DNA of 64,000 nt. Source: Parcubacteria group bacterium (GTDB lineage Bacteria > Patescibacteriota > Minisyncoccia > UBA6257 > Colwellbacteraceae). A program made the translations under genes and the position numbers. The notes beneath the pieces are model-generated. The model saw nothing but the letters and a program-made list of their open reading frames with translations, was not told the DNA's origin and did not search any database. Of this stretch, positions 19,520-28,065 are shown piece after piece. The stretch covers positions 1,297 through 65,296 of the forward strand of contig JBAZMT010000003.1 in the NCBI GenBank assembly GCA_041649615.1, written 5' to 3'. Position 1 is the first letter of the stretch; the number at the start of each line of letters is the position of its first letter.

Positions 19520-19938
19520 TGCCCGACTTCTTCGTCCAAGCGACTGGTTCGCCAGCTTTGGTGAACGCCCCTTGGGAAGATCCAGCGAGCGTTTCGAGGC
19601 CTAGCCGTATCACCAACCAGAACGACAGAACGTATCGTCGGATCAATGCGTTGGTTGGTACGGTGCTCACCATTTCAGCAATCCCCGAAGGGTACACGAC
19701 ACCGCAACCCGATTCGCTCGTCGGGTTGTTTACGATGTGGCCGCTCGAAGTGCCGTCGGGCAATGGGATGCCGATGCAAGCAATCCCGACGGCAGGGATG
19801 AGCGCCGTTCAGACGTTCGTCTTAGATCGCGTCGGCCACTACACGTTCGCAGTTCGCCACGAGGACACTAACGACGCGTCGCTTGCCGCGGCCGGTGGTT
19901 TCGTGGTTCTCCACTTCGAAAGCGTTGCATCGCTATGA
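19519..19938 (+). CDS. hypothetical protein
   Basis: Start at a TAATG overlap with the upstream gene; ~139 aa. Confidence 0.45.
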   Translation: MPDFFVQATGSPALVNAPWEDPASVSRPSRITNQNDRTYRRINALVGTVLTISAIPEGYTTPQPDSLVGLFTMWPLEVPSGNGMPMQAIPTAGMSAVQTFVLDRVGHYTFAVRHEDTNDASLAAAGGFVVLHFESVASL

Positions 19939-20300
19939 CCACTTCAGCCCGCATCGACGAGCTTTGCCCGACAGACGTTGGCGCTGAGAAGATTGTGCTC
20001 TCGCTCGATGTGCTCGACGTGAAACCATTGGCTCACGTGCCGTTCGCGGTGAACGTCGACTACTCGGGGGCAGGGGCAATCGGCATCTCGATGCCAGTCG
20101 AACTCGTGTTCCAAGGGCCCGTCGCTGGACAGCGCTTCAGGCGAGTGTTCAGCCGTTCGTTGCCGTCAAGCTTGCTGTTGACTCCACAGAGCGGGGGGCG
20201 GCATCTGGTGCTCTTGCGCGAACTATTCCATAACCGTTGGCAAGGTCAGCTCTTCGTTGACGTCGAAGGTGAAGACACGCAACAATCGGAGGATCGATAA
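19935..20300 (+). CDS. hypothetical protein
   Basis: 121-aa ORF with ATGA coupling to the upstream gene. Confidence 0.4.
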   Translation: MTTSARIDELCPTDVGAEKIVLSLDVLDVKPLAHVPFAVNVDYSGAGAIGISMPVELVFQGPVAGQRFRRVFSRSLPSSLLLTPQSGGRHLVLLRELFHNRWQGQLFVDVEGEDTQQSEDR

Positions 20301-20303
20301 CCC

Positions 20304-22391
20304 ATGGCAACTACGAATCTCGCTCGCTTCACCATCAACGGCACCCCTTCGGAAGACGCCAATGGAAAGCGCGGTTACGACGCCGGGGCAGGCGAAGCCC
20401 TAGCCATCACGCTCGAGGCCAATCCAGCGCTCGGCGTGCTGACCATTACCTACGACATCTACGATTCGACCAAGACGACTTCGCCACTGAACAGCCTTTA
20501 CGCTTCGAACCTAACGTTCACCGAGAACGGGGCGAAGTCGTACAGTTCGTCGGCGACCAATTCGACGGTCCACATCACGATCCCACCGACAGCCGATATC
20601 AGCTCGTACACGATTCGGGCAACGGCTGTCACGGCGACAGGGGCTCAGATCTTCGAACGGCTCGTCTGTGTTCGCAAGAACGGGCTTCGCATGACCATCC
20701 CTGCCGAGTCGCTGCAATACGCTCAGCGCGGTTGGAGCGATGCCCTGAACGAGCTGACGAAGCTCGTTGCCGATGGTGGGGTGTCGGTGTCGTTGGTCTC
20801 GAGCTCGGCGACGGGCACGGTTGCGGCTTTCCCAGCGAGCCAACGGCGCATCTTCCATTCGGATGGGGCAACGGCCGGCGGGGTCTGGACGGCGCTCACC
20901 AAGACCGACCTCGACTCCGCGCTGGCCGCTGCGAGTATCGACTACACGAAGCTCGCTCCTGGAACTGAAGGCTACGTCCTACGGACATCGGGTGGGTCTG
21001 TCGTGTGGGGTGCCGACGTTACCTTGAACCGCCCCACGAACCCCGGTCAGAACGGGTACGTTGCGACAGGGCTCAACGGTGATCTGTCCTACATTCTCAT
21101 CGGGGATGCCCAACTGGCAAGCAATGCCGGTATCACGGTCACCAAGATCGCCCCAGGAACAAGCGGTTTCGTTCTGAAGACCATTGGAACGACGGTGCAA
21201 TGGGCCGAGGACTTATGCCCAACCTTGCCCAATAGCCCGGCTGATGACGGCAAGGTTGCCCTCGCTTCGGGTGGTGATCTGGTCTACGGTTTCATCAGCA
21301 ACTTCCAAGTCGCAGCCAACGCCAACATCGCAGTCACCAAGCTTGCGACAGGAACCGAAGGCTATGTCCTAATGATCGTTGGAGGCGTGCCTACTTGGGC
21401 AGTCGGTGGGGGAGGTGGAACGAATCTTCCAGCGACGCCCGCAGACGATGGCAAGGTGGCTTTCGCGAACGCTGGGAACCTCGATTATGCCGACGGCGTG
21501 AAGATGCTCAACGTGAGCGGTAACCAGAACGCTATCTCGCTCAGCGGCATCATCATGCCTTCGACGACGATGCCGCTCGATCCCGTTGGTAGCGAATGCC
21601 TTCTTTGGAACAGCGTCGGGAACCTTTACTGGACCGACGTCGACGTCACTTACAATGTGCTTCGAAGCACTCAACCGATCCATACGACGGACGACTTCAA
21701 GGTGGCCGTTGCTCACTACGGGTTCTATGAGCCAGAGCTACTGACGAACAATAGCATCGCGTCGAACGCTGCGATTGCAGTCTCGAAACTTGCACCGGCC
21801 ATCACTGAGAACTACGTCCTACGAACAGTCTTTGGTGCGGTGTCGTGGGGTTACATCTCTGACGCGAACATCGCCTACAATGCTTCGATCGGTGTTTCGA
21901 AGTTGAGTGCCGTGAGCGGTTCCGAAGGTGACTACTTGCGCATCGTGAGCGGTGGAGTTGCTTGGTCGGCAACTCTTGACGGCGGCGATATCACGAACGG
22001 TACCGTCAATCCGCAAGCTCTCATCGGCGGCTCGGTGAACACCGTGCTCTTGATGGGGCTTACGAGCGTTCCTGTTTGGGACACCATCTCGAACGCGAAC
22101 GTCAAAGCCGGCGCTGGCATCTCGGTATCGAAGATTGAGATCGGAGCCTTTCGATCGGTTCTTGCAAGCAATAGTTCGAGCAACTACTGGACGACAGGAC
22201 CCGTCGTCGATACGTGTTCGGCGATGTATTACCTCGACACGAACGGCTATCTGTGGCTTCACCAAGCTGCAACCGAACCGCCAAACCCTGCCGCATGGGG
22301 TTGCAACGTCTACTCGGATATCGCCGTGCTCAAGGGCAAGTTCAACAACAATACCGTCTGGGAAATCGCCGCTCAGGCTTGGAGCGTGTAG
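20304..22391 (+). CDS. tail fibre protein with ~6 internal repeats
   Basis: 695 aa; repeated unit N-x-x-I-[AT]-V-[TS]-K-[IL]-A-[PT]-G-T-x-G-[YF]-V-L-[KR]-T-x-G-x-V-x-W recurs about every 60 aa. Confidence 0.6.
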   Translation: MATTNLARFTINGTPSEDANGKRGYDAGAGEALAITLEANPALGVLTITYDIYDSTKTTSPLNSLYASNLTFTENGAKSYSSSATNSTVHITIPPTADISSYTIRATAVTATGAQIFERLVCVRKNGLRMTIPAESLQYAQRGWSDALNELTKLVADGGVSVSLVSSSATGTVAAFPASQRRIFHSDGATAGGVWTALTKTDLDSALAAASIDYTKLAPGTEGYVLRTSGGSVVWGADVTLNRPTNPGQNGYVATGLNGDLSYILIGDAQLASNAGITVTKIAPGTSGFVLKTIGTTVQWAEDLCPTLPNSPADDGKVALASGGDLVYGFISNFQVAANANIAVTKLATGTEGYVLMIVGGVPTWAVGGGGGTNLPATPADDGKVAFANAGNLDYADGVKMLNVSGNQNAISLSGIIMPSTTMPLDPVGSECLLWNSVGNLYWTDVDVTYNVLRSTQPIHTTDDFKVAVAHYGFYEPELLTNNSIASNAAIAVSKLAPAITENYVLRTVFGAVSWGYISDANIAYNASIGVSKLSAVSGSEGDYLRIVSGGVAWSATLDGGDITNGTVNPQALIGGSVNTVLLMGLTSVPVWDTISNANVKAGAGISVSKIEIGAFRSVLASNSSSNYWTTGPVVDTCSAMYYLDTNGYLWLHQAATEPPNPAAWGCNVYSDIAVLKGKFNNNTVWEIAAQAWSV

Positions 22392-22400
22392 GAGAACGTC

Positions 22401-22817
22401 ATGGCTGATCATACTCATCGCATCCTTCGCAATTGGCGCAAGAAGGTCACGTCGACTTCCTACTCAGTTCTTTGGACCGAAGCGGCTTCGACGTTCTTCG
22501 GCGCGGGAACCGTTGTCGGTTCGGACAAGTGGGTCGCCTACGGCATGATCGAAGGCGTACTCGCACGTCCGAGCACCGGTGGTGACGGCCAGCGCCTCCC
22601 GTTCTTGCTCTACAAGGCTCCTGGCGCTGCGACGCCAAATCTATTGGTCGGCACGTTGCAGAACATGATCGGCACGTCGTCTCAGTTCATTCAGGTGTCG
22701 ATGAGCGGTTCGAACTTCCAAGTCGAAGGGCGTCTCCACGCGGACAATGGAATGACGGGCATCTTGAGCGTGACGCTTGACCTTCATCTCGTAGGAGGTA
22801 CAGGACCAGTATCGTGA
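22401..22817 (+). CDS. hypothetical protein (possible fibre assembly factor)
   Basis: 138-aa ORF immediately after the fibre gene. Confidence 0.4.
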   Translation: MADHTHRILRNWRKKVTSTSYSVLWTEAASTFFGAGTVVGSDKWVAYGMIEGVLARPSTGGDGQRLPFLLYKAPGAATPNLLVGTLQNMIGTSSQFIQVSMSGSNFQVEGRLHADNGMTGILSVTLDLHLVGGTGPVS

Positions 22818-23641
22818 AGCGTCTGAACGTCATCGTACCGCTGAGCCGCCCGTTGATGATTGACAACGTGCGAACCAACTTCGAACGACAGCGGTACCAG
22901 AACAAGAGGCTCGTGGTCGTGCAGAACGGCCTCGGCGCTTGTCAGCGTGCGGGGTTCCAACCCGACGTGCTCATCGACATCTGCAAAGCCCACCAAAGCA
23001 CGGCCAAGAACACCGCGCTGGAATACCTGCGGAGCCACGATGAGAGCTTCTTCGCAACGTTCGATGACGATGACTACTATGGCCCGGGCTACCTCGAAGA
23101 GATTGCAGATGGGCTCGATCGTGGTTTCGACGTGAGTGGCAAGTCGGCCATCTACATTCGGTTCGCCGACAACCGCATGGTCTTCGCAACGCAATCGGGT
23201 GAGAACTGCGAAGCCTGGAATGTGAACGGACCAACGATCTCAGGCGTGCTCACCAAGGACACGCCATTGTTCGAAGAATTGATCTGGGGAGAGGACAATA
23301 ACTGGCTCGATAAGATGGCGGCCATGGGCGCCAAGTTCTGGAGCTCGAGTCGGAACGGTTTCTGTTGGATGCGTCGTGGTGAGATGCATGGGCACACTTT
23401 CCGCATCACCGACGCAGGCTTGGAGAACTCGGTTTGCTCGTTGGGGCCCGTCTACGATTGCGGGGAATTCTCCGAACGCGTGGTCGACGGGGTGGACGCT
23501 CCTGCTCGGTTTGATAGGATGCCTGAGCAAGAGCTTGACTTGTCGCTACATCCGGCGGTCAGGTTCTGGGCTGAACAGGACAAGCAAGGAGAGCAACCCG
23601 AATGGCTGACATCTTTACAATCGCAGTTCCCGAACTTGTGA
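22814..23641 (+). CDS. family-2 (GT-A fold) glycosyltransferase
   Basis: N-terminal VIVPLSRP...; DDD motif FATFDDDDYY; general GT-2 architecture. Confidence 0.6.
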   Translation: MKRLNVIVPLSRPLMIDNVRTNFERQRYQNKRLVVVQNGLGACQRAGFQPDVLIDICKAHQSTAKNTALEYLRSHDESFFATFDDDDYYGPGYLEEIADGLDRGFDVSGKSAIYIRFADNRMVFATQSGENCEAWNVNGPTISGVLTKDTPLFEELIWGEDNNWLDKMAAMGAKFWSSSRNGFCWMRRGEMHGHTFRITDAGLENSVCSLGPVYDCGEFSERVVDGVDAPARFDRMPEQELDLSLHPAVRFWAEQDKQGEQPEWLTSLQSQFPNL

Positions 23642-23934
23642 TCGTTATCTCCGAAGACCAGAAGATGGACTTTGCGGGGTTCATTCGTTGGACGATCGCG
23701 ACGCATCCGAACTTCAACCAAGACGCCGCGGGCATTCGTGCCGCTGCTCGGCTCGAACGGAAGTTCGAATACATCACCGGGACCGAACCGCCGAAGAGTT
23801 TCGATCTCGATACCGAAGATCTGCAACGGCTCCGCGTCGCCGTTGAGAACCCGCAAGGCGGATATCCCATTCGCCCTGCTCACAGAATGCTTCCCTTCGT
23901 GGATGCAGTCGTAGACGCACAACAGAAGGAGTGA
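23602..23934 (+). CDS. hypothetical protein
   Basis: 110-aa ORF. Confidence 0.35.
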   Translation: MADIFTIAVPELVIVISEDQKMDFAGFIRWTIATHPNFNQDAAGIRAAARLERKFEYITGTEPPKSFDLDTEDLQRLRVAVENPQGGYPIRPAHRMLPFVDAVVDAQQKE

Positions 23935-23935
23935 C

Positions 23936-24412
23936 ATGGCAAAGCAATTGATCGCCGAAGCAGTCAACGCGCTGCTTCCCGTCATTGTGACCGTACTGAG
24001 CCTCGGCGTTGCCTGGCTCGGCAAGACTCTCAACGCATGGCTCAGCGCCAAGGTAAAGCACGAGCGTCTCCAGCTCGTGCTTCGGCGCATGAGCGAGGTC
24101 GTTTGCACGGTGGTTCTCGAGTTGCAGCAAACCGAGGTCGCCGCGCTCAAGTCCGCGCTGGATGAGGCGAGCCCCGGCGGTCGCAAGATTACGAAGGAAG
24201 AAGGTTCCATCCTTCTCGAGACGGCATTGCGCAAGGTTCGAACGTACCTCGGCGCCGATGGGTTGAAGCTCTTGACCTACGTTCTTGGCCTCACCGACGA
24301 GAAGGCATTGGATGCGTTCTTGGTGAGCCGAATCGAAGCGACACTTCACACCGTGAAGAACCAAACCACGACGACGCTCGCAGAGCCCGTCAAACTGCAA
24401 CCGACAACCTAG
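23936..24412 (+). CDS. membrane protein with N-terminal TM helix (i-spanin-like / holin candidate)
   Basis: Hydrophobic segment LLPVIVTVLSLGVAWLG followed by a helical charged domain; ATGA overlap with the upstream gene. Confidence 0.4.
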   Translation: MAKQLIAEAVNALLPVIVTVLSLGVAWLGKTLNAWLSAKVKHERLQLVLRRMSEVVCTVVLELQQTEVAALKSALDEASPGGRKITKEEGSILLETALRKVRTYLGADGLKLLTYVLGLTDEKALDAFLVSRIEATLHTVKNQTTTTLAEPVKLQPTT

Positions 24413-24421
24413 GAAAGATCG

Positions 24422-24919
24422 ATGACCAATCCGCTGAAGAAGTTCCTTTCGATGATGGTGCTCGTGCCCATGCTGATGGTGACCACGAGTTGCGCATGGT
24501 GGGCTGAGAACAAGGGTGATGTGAAGTCCGTGGTGAAGACCGTGGACGAAGTTGCTCAGGCTCTCTGTGGCGTGTTCTATGGCGACAAGATGAACATCAG
24601 CGTCCAAGACGCCGTTCGAACGTTCTGCGACACACGTGACAAGTACGAGCCATGGATCGATCAAGTGCTTGCGGGTGCCAAGGCCGGCGGTGATGCCAAG
24701 CTAGCGCCCAAGTCCAGCGCGGCCCCTCCGGCGCTCTTACCGCTCGGCGACCCTTGGGCGAAGCCTGCCGTTGCTCCGGCGCCGATCCCAACCGTCGAGA
24801 CCACGGCGACGCCTGCTCCGGCCCCTGCCGTTGCCCCGGCGACACCGGCCCCAACCCCTTCGCCTGTCGCTGAACCCCCCGCAAAGGGCAAGGCAGGCGG
24901 AAAGGGCGTGGCGAAGTAG
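24422..24919 (+). CDS. lipoprotein-like, Pro/Ala-rich protein (o-spanin candidate)
   Basis: Signal-like N-terminus MMVLVPMLMVTTSC and a proline-rich C-terminal half. Confidence 0.4.
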   Translation: MTNPLKKFLSMMVLVPMLMVTTSCAWWAENKGDVKSVVKTVDEVAQALCGVFYGDKMNISVQDAVRTFCDTRDKYEPWIDQVLAGAKAGGDAKLAPKSSAAPPALLPLGDPWAKPAVAPAPIPTVETTATPAPAPAVAPATPAPTPSPVAEPPAKGKAGGKGVAK

Positions 24920-24921
24920 CC

Positions 24922-25734
24922 ATGCTCACCCGGCTATTGAGCAGTCTGAGGCCTGGCCCTAAGAAGCCGGGCCTTGGGCTGCTCGGACCGGACACCCGAG
25001 CGCCCCAAGAGCAAGGAAAGTTCGATTGGGGTTTCGACAAGCTCGGGTTCGCCGGCACTTCGATTCTCAGCGTCGACTTGACGCCGCTGATCATCAACGT
25101 ACTGAATCAGCAATCGACGCAATCGTGTGTCGCCAATGCATGGGAGCAAGCCTTGCGCATGGAGCGCAAGCGGCTCGGCTTCCCAGTGGTCTTGGGATCG
25201 CGGTTGTTTGGCTACTCGAATTCGCGAGCTGAGCACTTCGAAGAGAAGAGCGATGCGGGGACGTACCTTCGAACCTATGCATGGGCTCTGAAGAAGGTCG
25301 GCAGTTGCCCCGAGGCAGATTGGCCTTTCGAACCGAACAAGGTGAACGTCCATCCGCCTGCTCGTGCATACCGCAACGCATGGGCGCTCCGTGGGATTCG
25401 AGGCTACTTCAAGATCTACGAAAGCGGCTACGCTCGAACAGCCGCAATCCGAGCCGCGCTGGCTGAAGGCAAAGCCGTCGTGTTCGGAACCGCTATCGAC
25501 GAAGCGTTCTTGGACGCTTCAGGCCCGTCGCTTGTAGCGAAGCCGAGAAGCATCTTCGGTCGTCACGCGATGTGCTTCTGCGGTTACTCACCCGACGAGA
25601 AGAACGGCGACTTCAAATACAAGCTCGTCAACTCGTGGACAGATCAATGGCGTGATGGTGGCTTCGTCCACCTGACGGAGGAATACGTGCAATGGGAAGA
25701 GCTCGAAGACTTGTGGGTTGTCTCGCTTGTTTGA
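24922..25734 (+). CDS. papain-like (C1-type) cysteine peptidase
   Basis: Q-x4-C-x3-W (QSTQSCVANAW), a His region HAMCFCGYS and NSWTDQWRDGGF match the papain Cys/His/Asn signature blocks. Confidence 0.55.
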   Translation: MLTRLLSSLRPGPKKPGLGLLGPDTRAPQEQGKFDWGFDKLGFAGTSILSVDLTPLIINVLNQQSTQSCVANAWEQALRMERKRLGFPVVLGSRLFGYSNSRAEHFEEKSDAGTYLRTYAWALKKVGSCPEADWPFEPNKVNVHPPARAYRNAWALRGIRGYFKIYESGYARTAAIRAALAEGKAVVFGTAIDEAFLDASGPSLVAKPRSIFGRHAMCFCGYSPDEKNGDFKYKLVNSWTDQWRDGGFVHLTEEYVQWEELEDLWVVSLV

Positions 25735-26033
25735 TCGTTGTCTGCGCGTGTTCCACACAGACGAAAGATCCTGTCGTTGGACCGGCCCCTGAAGGACCGG
25801 CCCCTGAACTCTGTGGGACGGTTTGCAGTCGATGGAAGGCCATGGGGTGCGCCGAAGGGGAGAAGGTGTGCGACAAGTACGCCGAGCCCTCGACGGTTTG
25901 CCAGACATGGATTACGTGCGAGCAATGGTGTGAAGGTGTAGAGACGGCGCAAAGTCAGCCGTTGAACCTGCAATGCTTGGCGACAGCGGCCGCTTCGACG
26001 TGTCAAGCTCTTGAGGATGCTTGCACGTATTGA
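25692..26033 (+). CDS. Cys-rich secreted/lipoprotein-like protein
   Basis: N-terminal signal MGRARRLVGCLACLIVVCAC; about 12 Cys in a ~90-aa mature region. Confidence 0.4.
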   Translation: MGRARRLVGCLACLIVVCACSTQTKDPVVGPAPEGPAPELCGTVCSRWKAMGCAEGEKVCDKYAEPSTVCQTWITCEQWCEGVETAQSQPLNLQCLATAAASTCQALEDACTY

Positions 26034-26072
26034 CAACGATGGTTTGACGCGAATAGTCGACGAATGTAGGAC

Positions 26073-26112
26073 GACCCCGATGAACCTCACCCCTTCACCG
26101 GGGTCTTCTTCT
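26073..26112 (+). terminator. terminator-like hairpin (GACCCC ... GGGGTC + CTTCTTCT) after the Cys-rich lipoprotein gene
   Basis: GC stem followed by a T-rich run, immediately before the AAGGAG RBS of the next gene. Confidence 0.35.
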
Positions 26113-26126
26113 AAGGAGCTTTGAAC

Positions 26127-26504
26127 GTGGAAGTCACATCAGTCATCAGCGCGGGTGCCTCCGTTTTGAGCTTCTCGATCATCGTGTTCATTGTGCCGTT
26201 GGTCAAGTACGTCATCTCGAGCAAGGACAAGCAGATTGACGAGCTGAAGACCCTCATCAATCAGGACAGGCAAAGTCGTTGTGAGTCTGATGAGCGCGTG
26301 CGTCAGCTCGAGATGCAGGTTGCTCGCTATGGCATTGAACTCGAAGTGACGAAGGGGATTCAAAGCAAGTTGGATGGGATCTCAGGGCGTGTCGAAGACA
26401 TCGCTCGGGAGATGAGTAGCGTGCAGACGTCCATCGCTTTTTTAGCTCGGGGACGCATCGTAAGCGTCCCTAGGTCGAAGCAGGATTCCATCAAGGAAGG
26501 GTAA
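26127..26504 (+). CDS. single-TM membrane protein with coiled coil (holin or i-spanin-like)
   Basis: GTG at 26127 lies 7 nt after AAGGAG; the ORF-track TTG at 26121 is too close to the RBS. TM segment VLSFSIIVFIVPLV followed by a heptad-like region. Confidence 0.45.
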   Translation: MEVTSVISAGASVLSFSIIVFIVPLVKYVISSKDKQIDELKTLINQDRQSRCESDERVRQLEMQVARYGIELEVTKGIQSKLDGISGRVEDIAREMSSVQTSIAFLARGRIVSVPRSKQDSIKEG

Positions 26505-26508
26505 CGTC

Positions 26509-27342
26509 ATGTCGCTAGATCATCGAACAATTCGATCGCAGGTGTTCGAGGGCTTCAAGCGCAAGTTCGGGCGCGAGGCTACGTTGCAAGAGGCTCAGTT
26601 CCTTCACGCCGTTGGCATGCTCGAAACGTCGTGCGGCACGGGCTGGAAGGGTGTGGGTGCTGGCTCATTCAACATGGGAGCCATCACGGCGGGTCCAGCG
26701 TGGAAGGGCGCGACGTTCGAGTATCGCGACAGCTACCCGGATGAGAATGGCGTCGACCATTGGTACACGACCAAGTTCCGCAAGTACGCTTCGGCCGTCG
26801 AAGGCTGGGAAGACCTTGCGAACATCATGTACGAAGATCGCCCCACCGTGCTCAAGGCTGCAACCGCGGGCGATGCATATGGGGTCAGCTCGGCTCTCTA
26901 CGAGACCAAGTACTACGCGGGCAGGGGCAAGACCGCCAAGGAGCGCATCGCGGGGCATCACGCGGCCGTGGCTCGTTCGCTGATCACCATCTGCAAAGCA
27001 CTCGGCGAGCCGTTGCCTTCGGGCGAAGAGCTACCGCGCAGAACGCTTCGTCGCGGAGATACCGGCGAAGAGGTCAAGGTGCTTCAGCGTTGGTTCGGGT
27101 TGGTTGTCGACGGCATCTTCGGGCCCGTGCTTGATGAGGCCGTGAAGGACTTCCAAACCGATGCCAAGCTCAAGGCCGATGGCATCGTTGGGAACCTCAC
27201 GTGGGATGCGCTGGAAGCCAAGTTCGAAGCCAAGGATGCCGAAACGTCCGACATCCTTGCCGAGCTAATTGGTAGGGCGGGCGAGTTGCAAACCAGGCTC
27301 GGGGAGTTCATTGCGGCTTCCCAAAAGGTGAAACCCGAGTAG
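26509..27342 (+). CDS. endolysin: GH73 N-acetylglucosaminidase domain + C-terminal PG_binding_1 domain
   Basis: LETSCGTGWKG...SFNMGAI...FRKYASAVEGWEDLANIM matches the GH73/FlgJ pattern (ALESGWG..NN.FGIK..FR.Y.S..ES..D). C-terminal LRRGDTGEEVKVLQRWFGLVVDGIFGPVLDEAVKDFQ matches the peptidoglycan-binding domain. Confidence 0.7.
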   Translation: MSLDHRTIRSQVFEGFKRKFGREATLQEAQFLHAVGMLETSCGTGWKGVGAGSFNMGAITAGPAWKGATFEYRDSYPDENGVDHWYTTKFRKYASAVEGWEDLANIMYEDRPTVLKAATAGDAYGVSSALYETKYYAGRGKTAKERIAGHHAAVARSLITICKALGEPLPSGEELPRRTLRRGDTGEEVKVLQRWFGLVVDGIFGPVLDEAVKDFQTDAKLKADGIVGNLTWDALEAKFEAKDAETSDILAELIGRAGELQTRLGEFIAASQKVKPE

Positions 27343-27348
27343 ACTGCA

Positions 27349-27413
27349 AGGGCTACCGAGCGCATCTGTGCAAGCTGATCTCCCCCGTTCGTTTGCTCTA
27401 CGTTCGGTAGCCC
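27349..27413. other. long-loop inverted repeat GGGCTACCGAG ... TTCGGTAGCCC at the start of the 720-bp intergenic hub
   Basis: 11-bp arms separated by ~43 nt, immediately after the endolysin stop codon. Confidence 0.4.
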
Positions 27414-27486
27414 TTACCTAAACCGCTCACCGGGGAGAGGTTTGCATTTGCCCCATCACTGGCACGGTTTGCCCGGGCATGAGTCG

Positions 27487-27498
27487 CTCACCGGTGAG
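27487..27498. promoter_or_regulatory. perfect 12-bp palindrome CTCACCGGTGAG, operator-like site, in the intergenic hub
   Basis: Perfect copies also at 34586-34597 and 48477-48488; near-copies at 27426-27437 (CTCACCGGGGAG) and 27870-27881 (CTCCCCGGTGAG). Confidence 0.45.
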
Positions 27499-28043
27499 CG
27501 GATTTGGGTGCCCATGCATGGGCGGTTTGCACCCCTACTATCGATCTAAATTGCCAAAACTGCCGATACGAAATCGAGCCAAAAAAGGCTGAAGTACGAA
27601 AAAAGCGACAGGGGGAGTTTCCTGTTTTTGCCCGGCCTGTCCATATGAAGGGGGGTAGGGGGGATGAGACAGAGAAATCACAAGCCAGCGAGAGAGGAGA
27701 AGCAACGAGTTCAGCAAACCATCTCTTCGCTCTGTCCGAAGGACAAGTTGATGAGTGGTTGGTTTGAAGGTTCTTCAGTAGATCAAAGAGAGAAGAGAAA
27801 ACGCGCGAGGCAAAGAACGGCAGGGTAAGCCCTCCGAGGAAGGGTTGGTTTCCCTCCCCCAACCAACCTCTCCCCGGTGAGCGAAAGAACGGTAACCGAT
27901 GGCCTCACCTGCGCAAGGGGTGATAGACTCGTCCCTGAGGCTTCGGCCTCTCCTTGCTGTTCCCAAAGACCCCTCGCTGGCCCCGAAAGGTGTTGGCGAG
28001 GGGTCGACTATTTCGTGGGGTGGGTTCAAGTTTTTGGTCGACC

Positions 28044-28053
28044 TATCCACACT
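28044..28053 (+). promoter_or_regulatory. TATCCACACT motif, copy 1, 12 nt upstream of the helicase gene ATG
   Basis: Shares the 10-mer core with the copies at 43311 and 57516. Confidence 0.4.
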
Positions 28054-28065
28054 TCACGGGGAACC

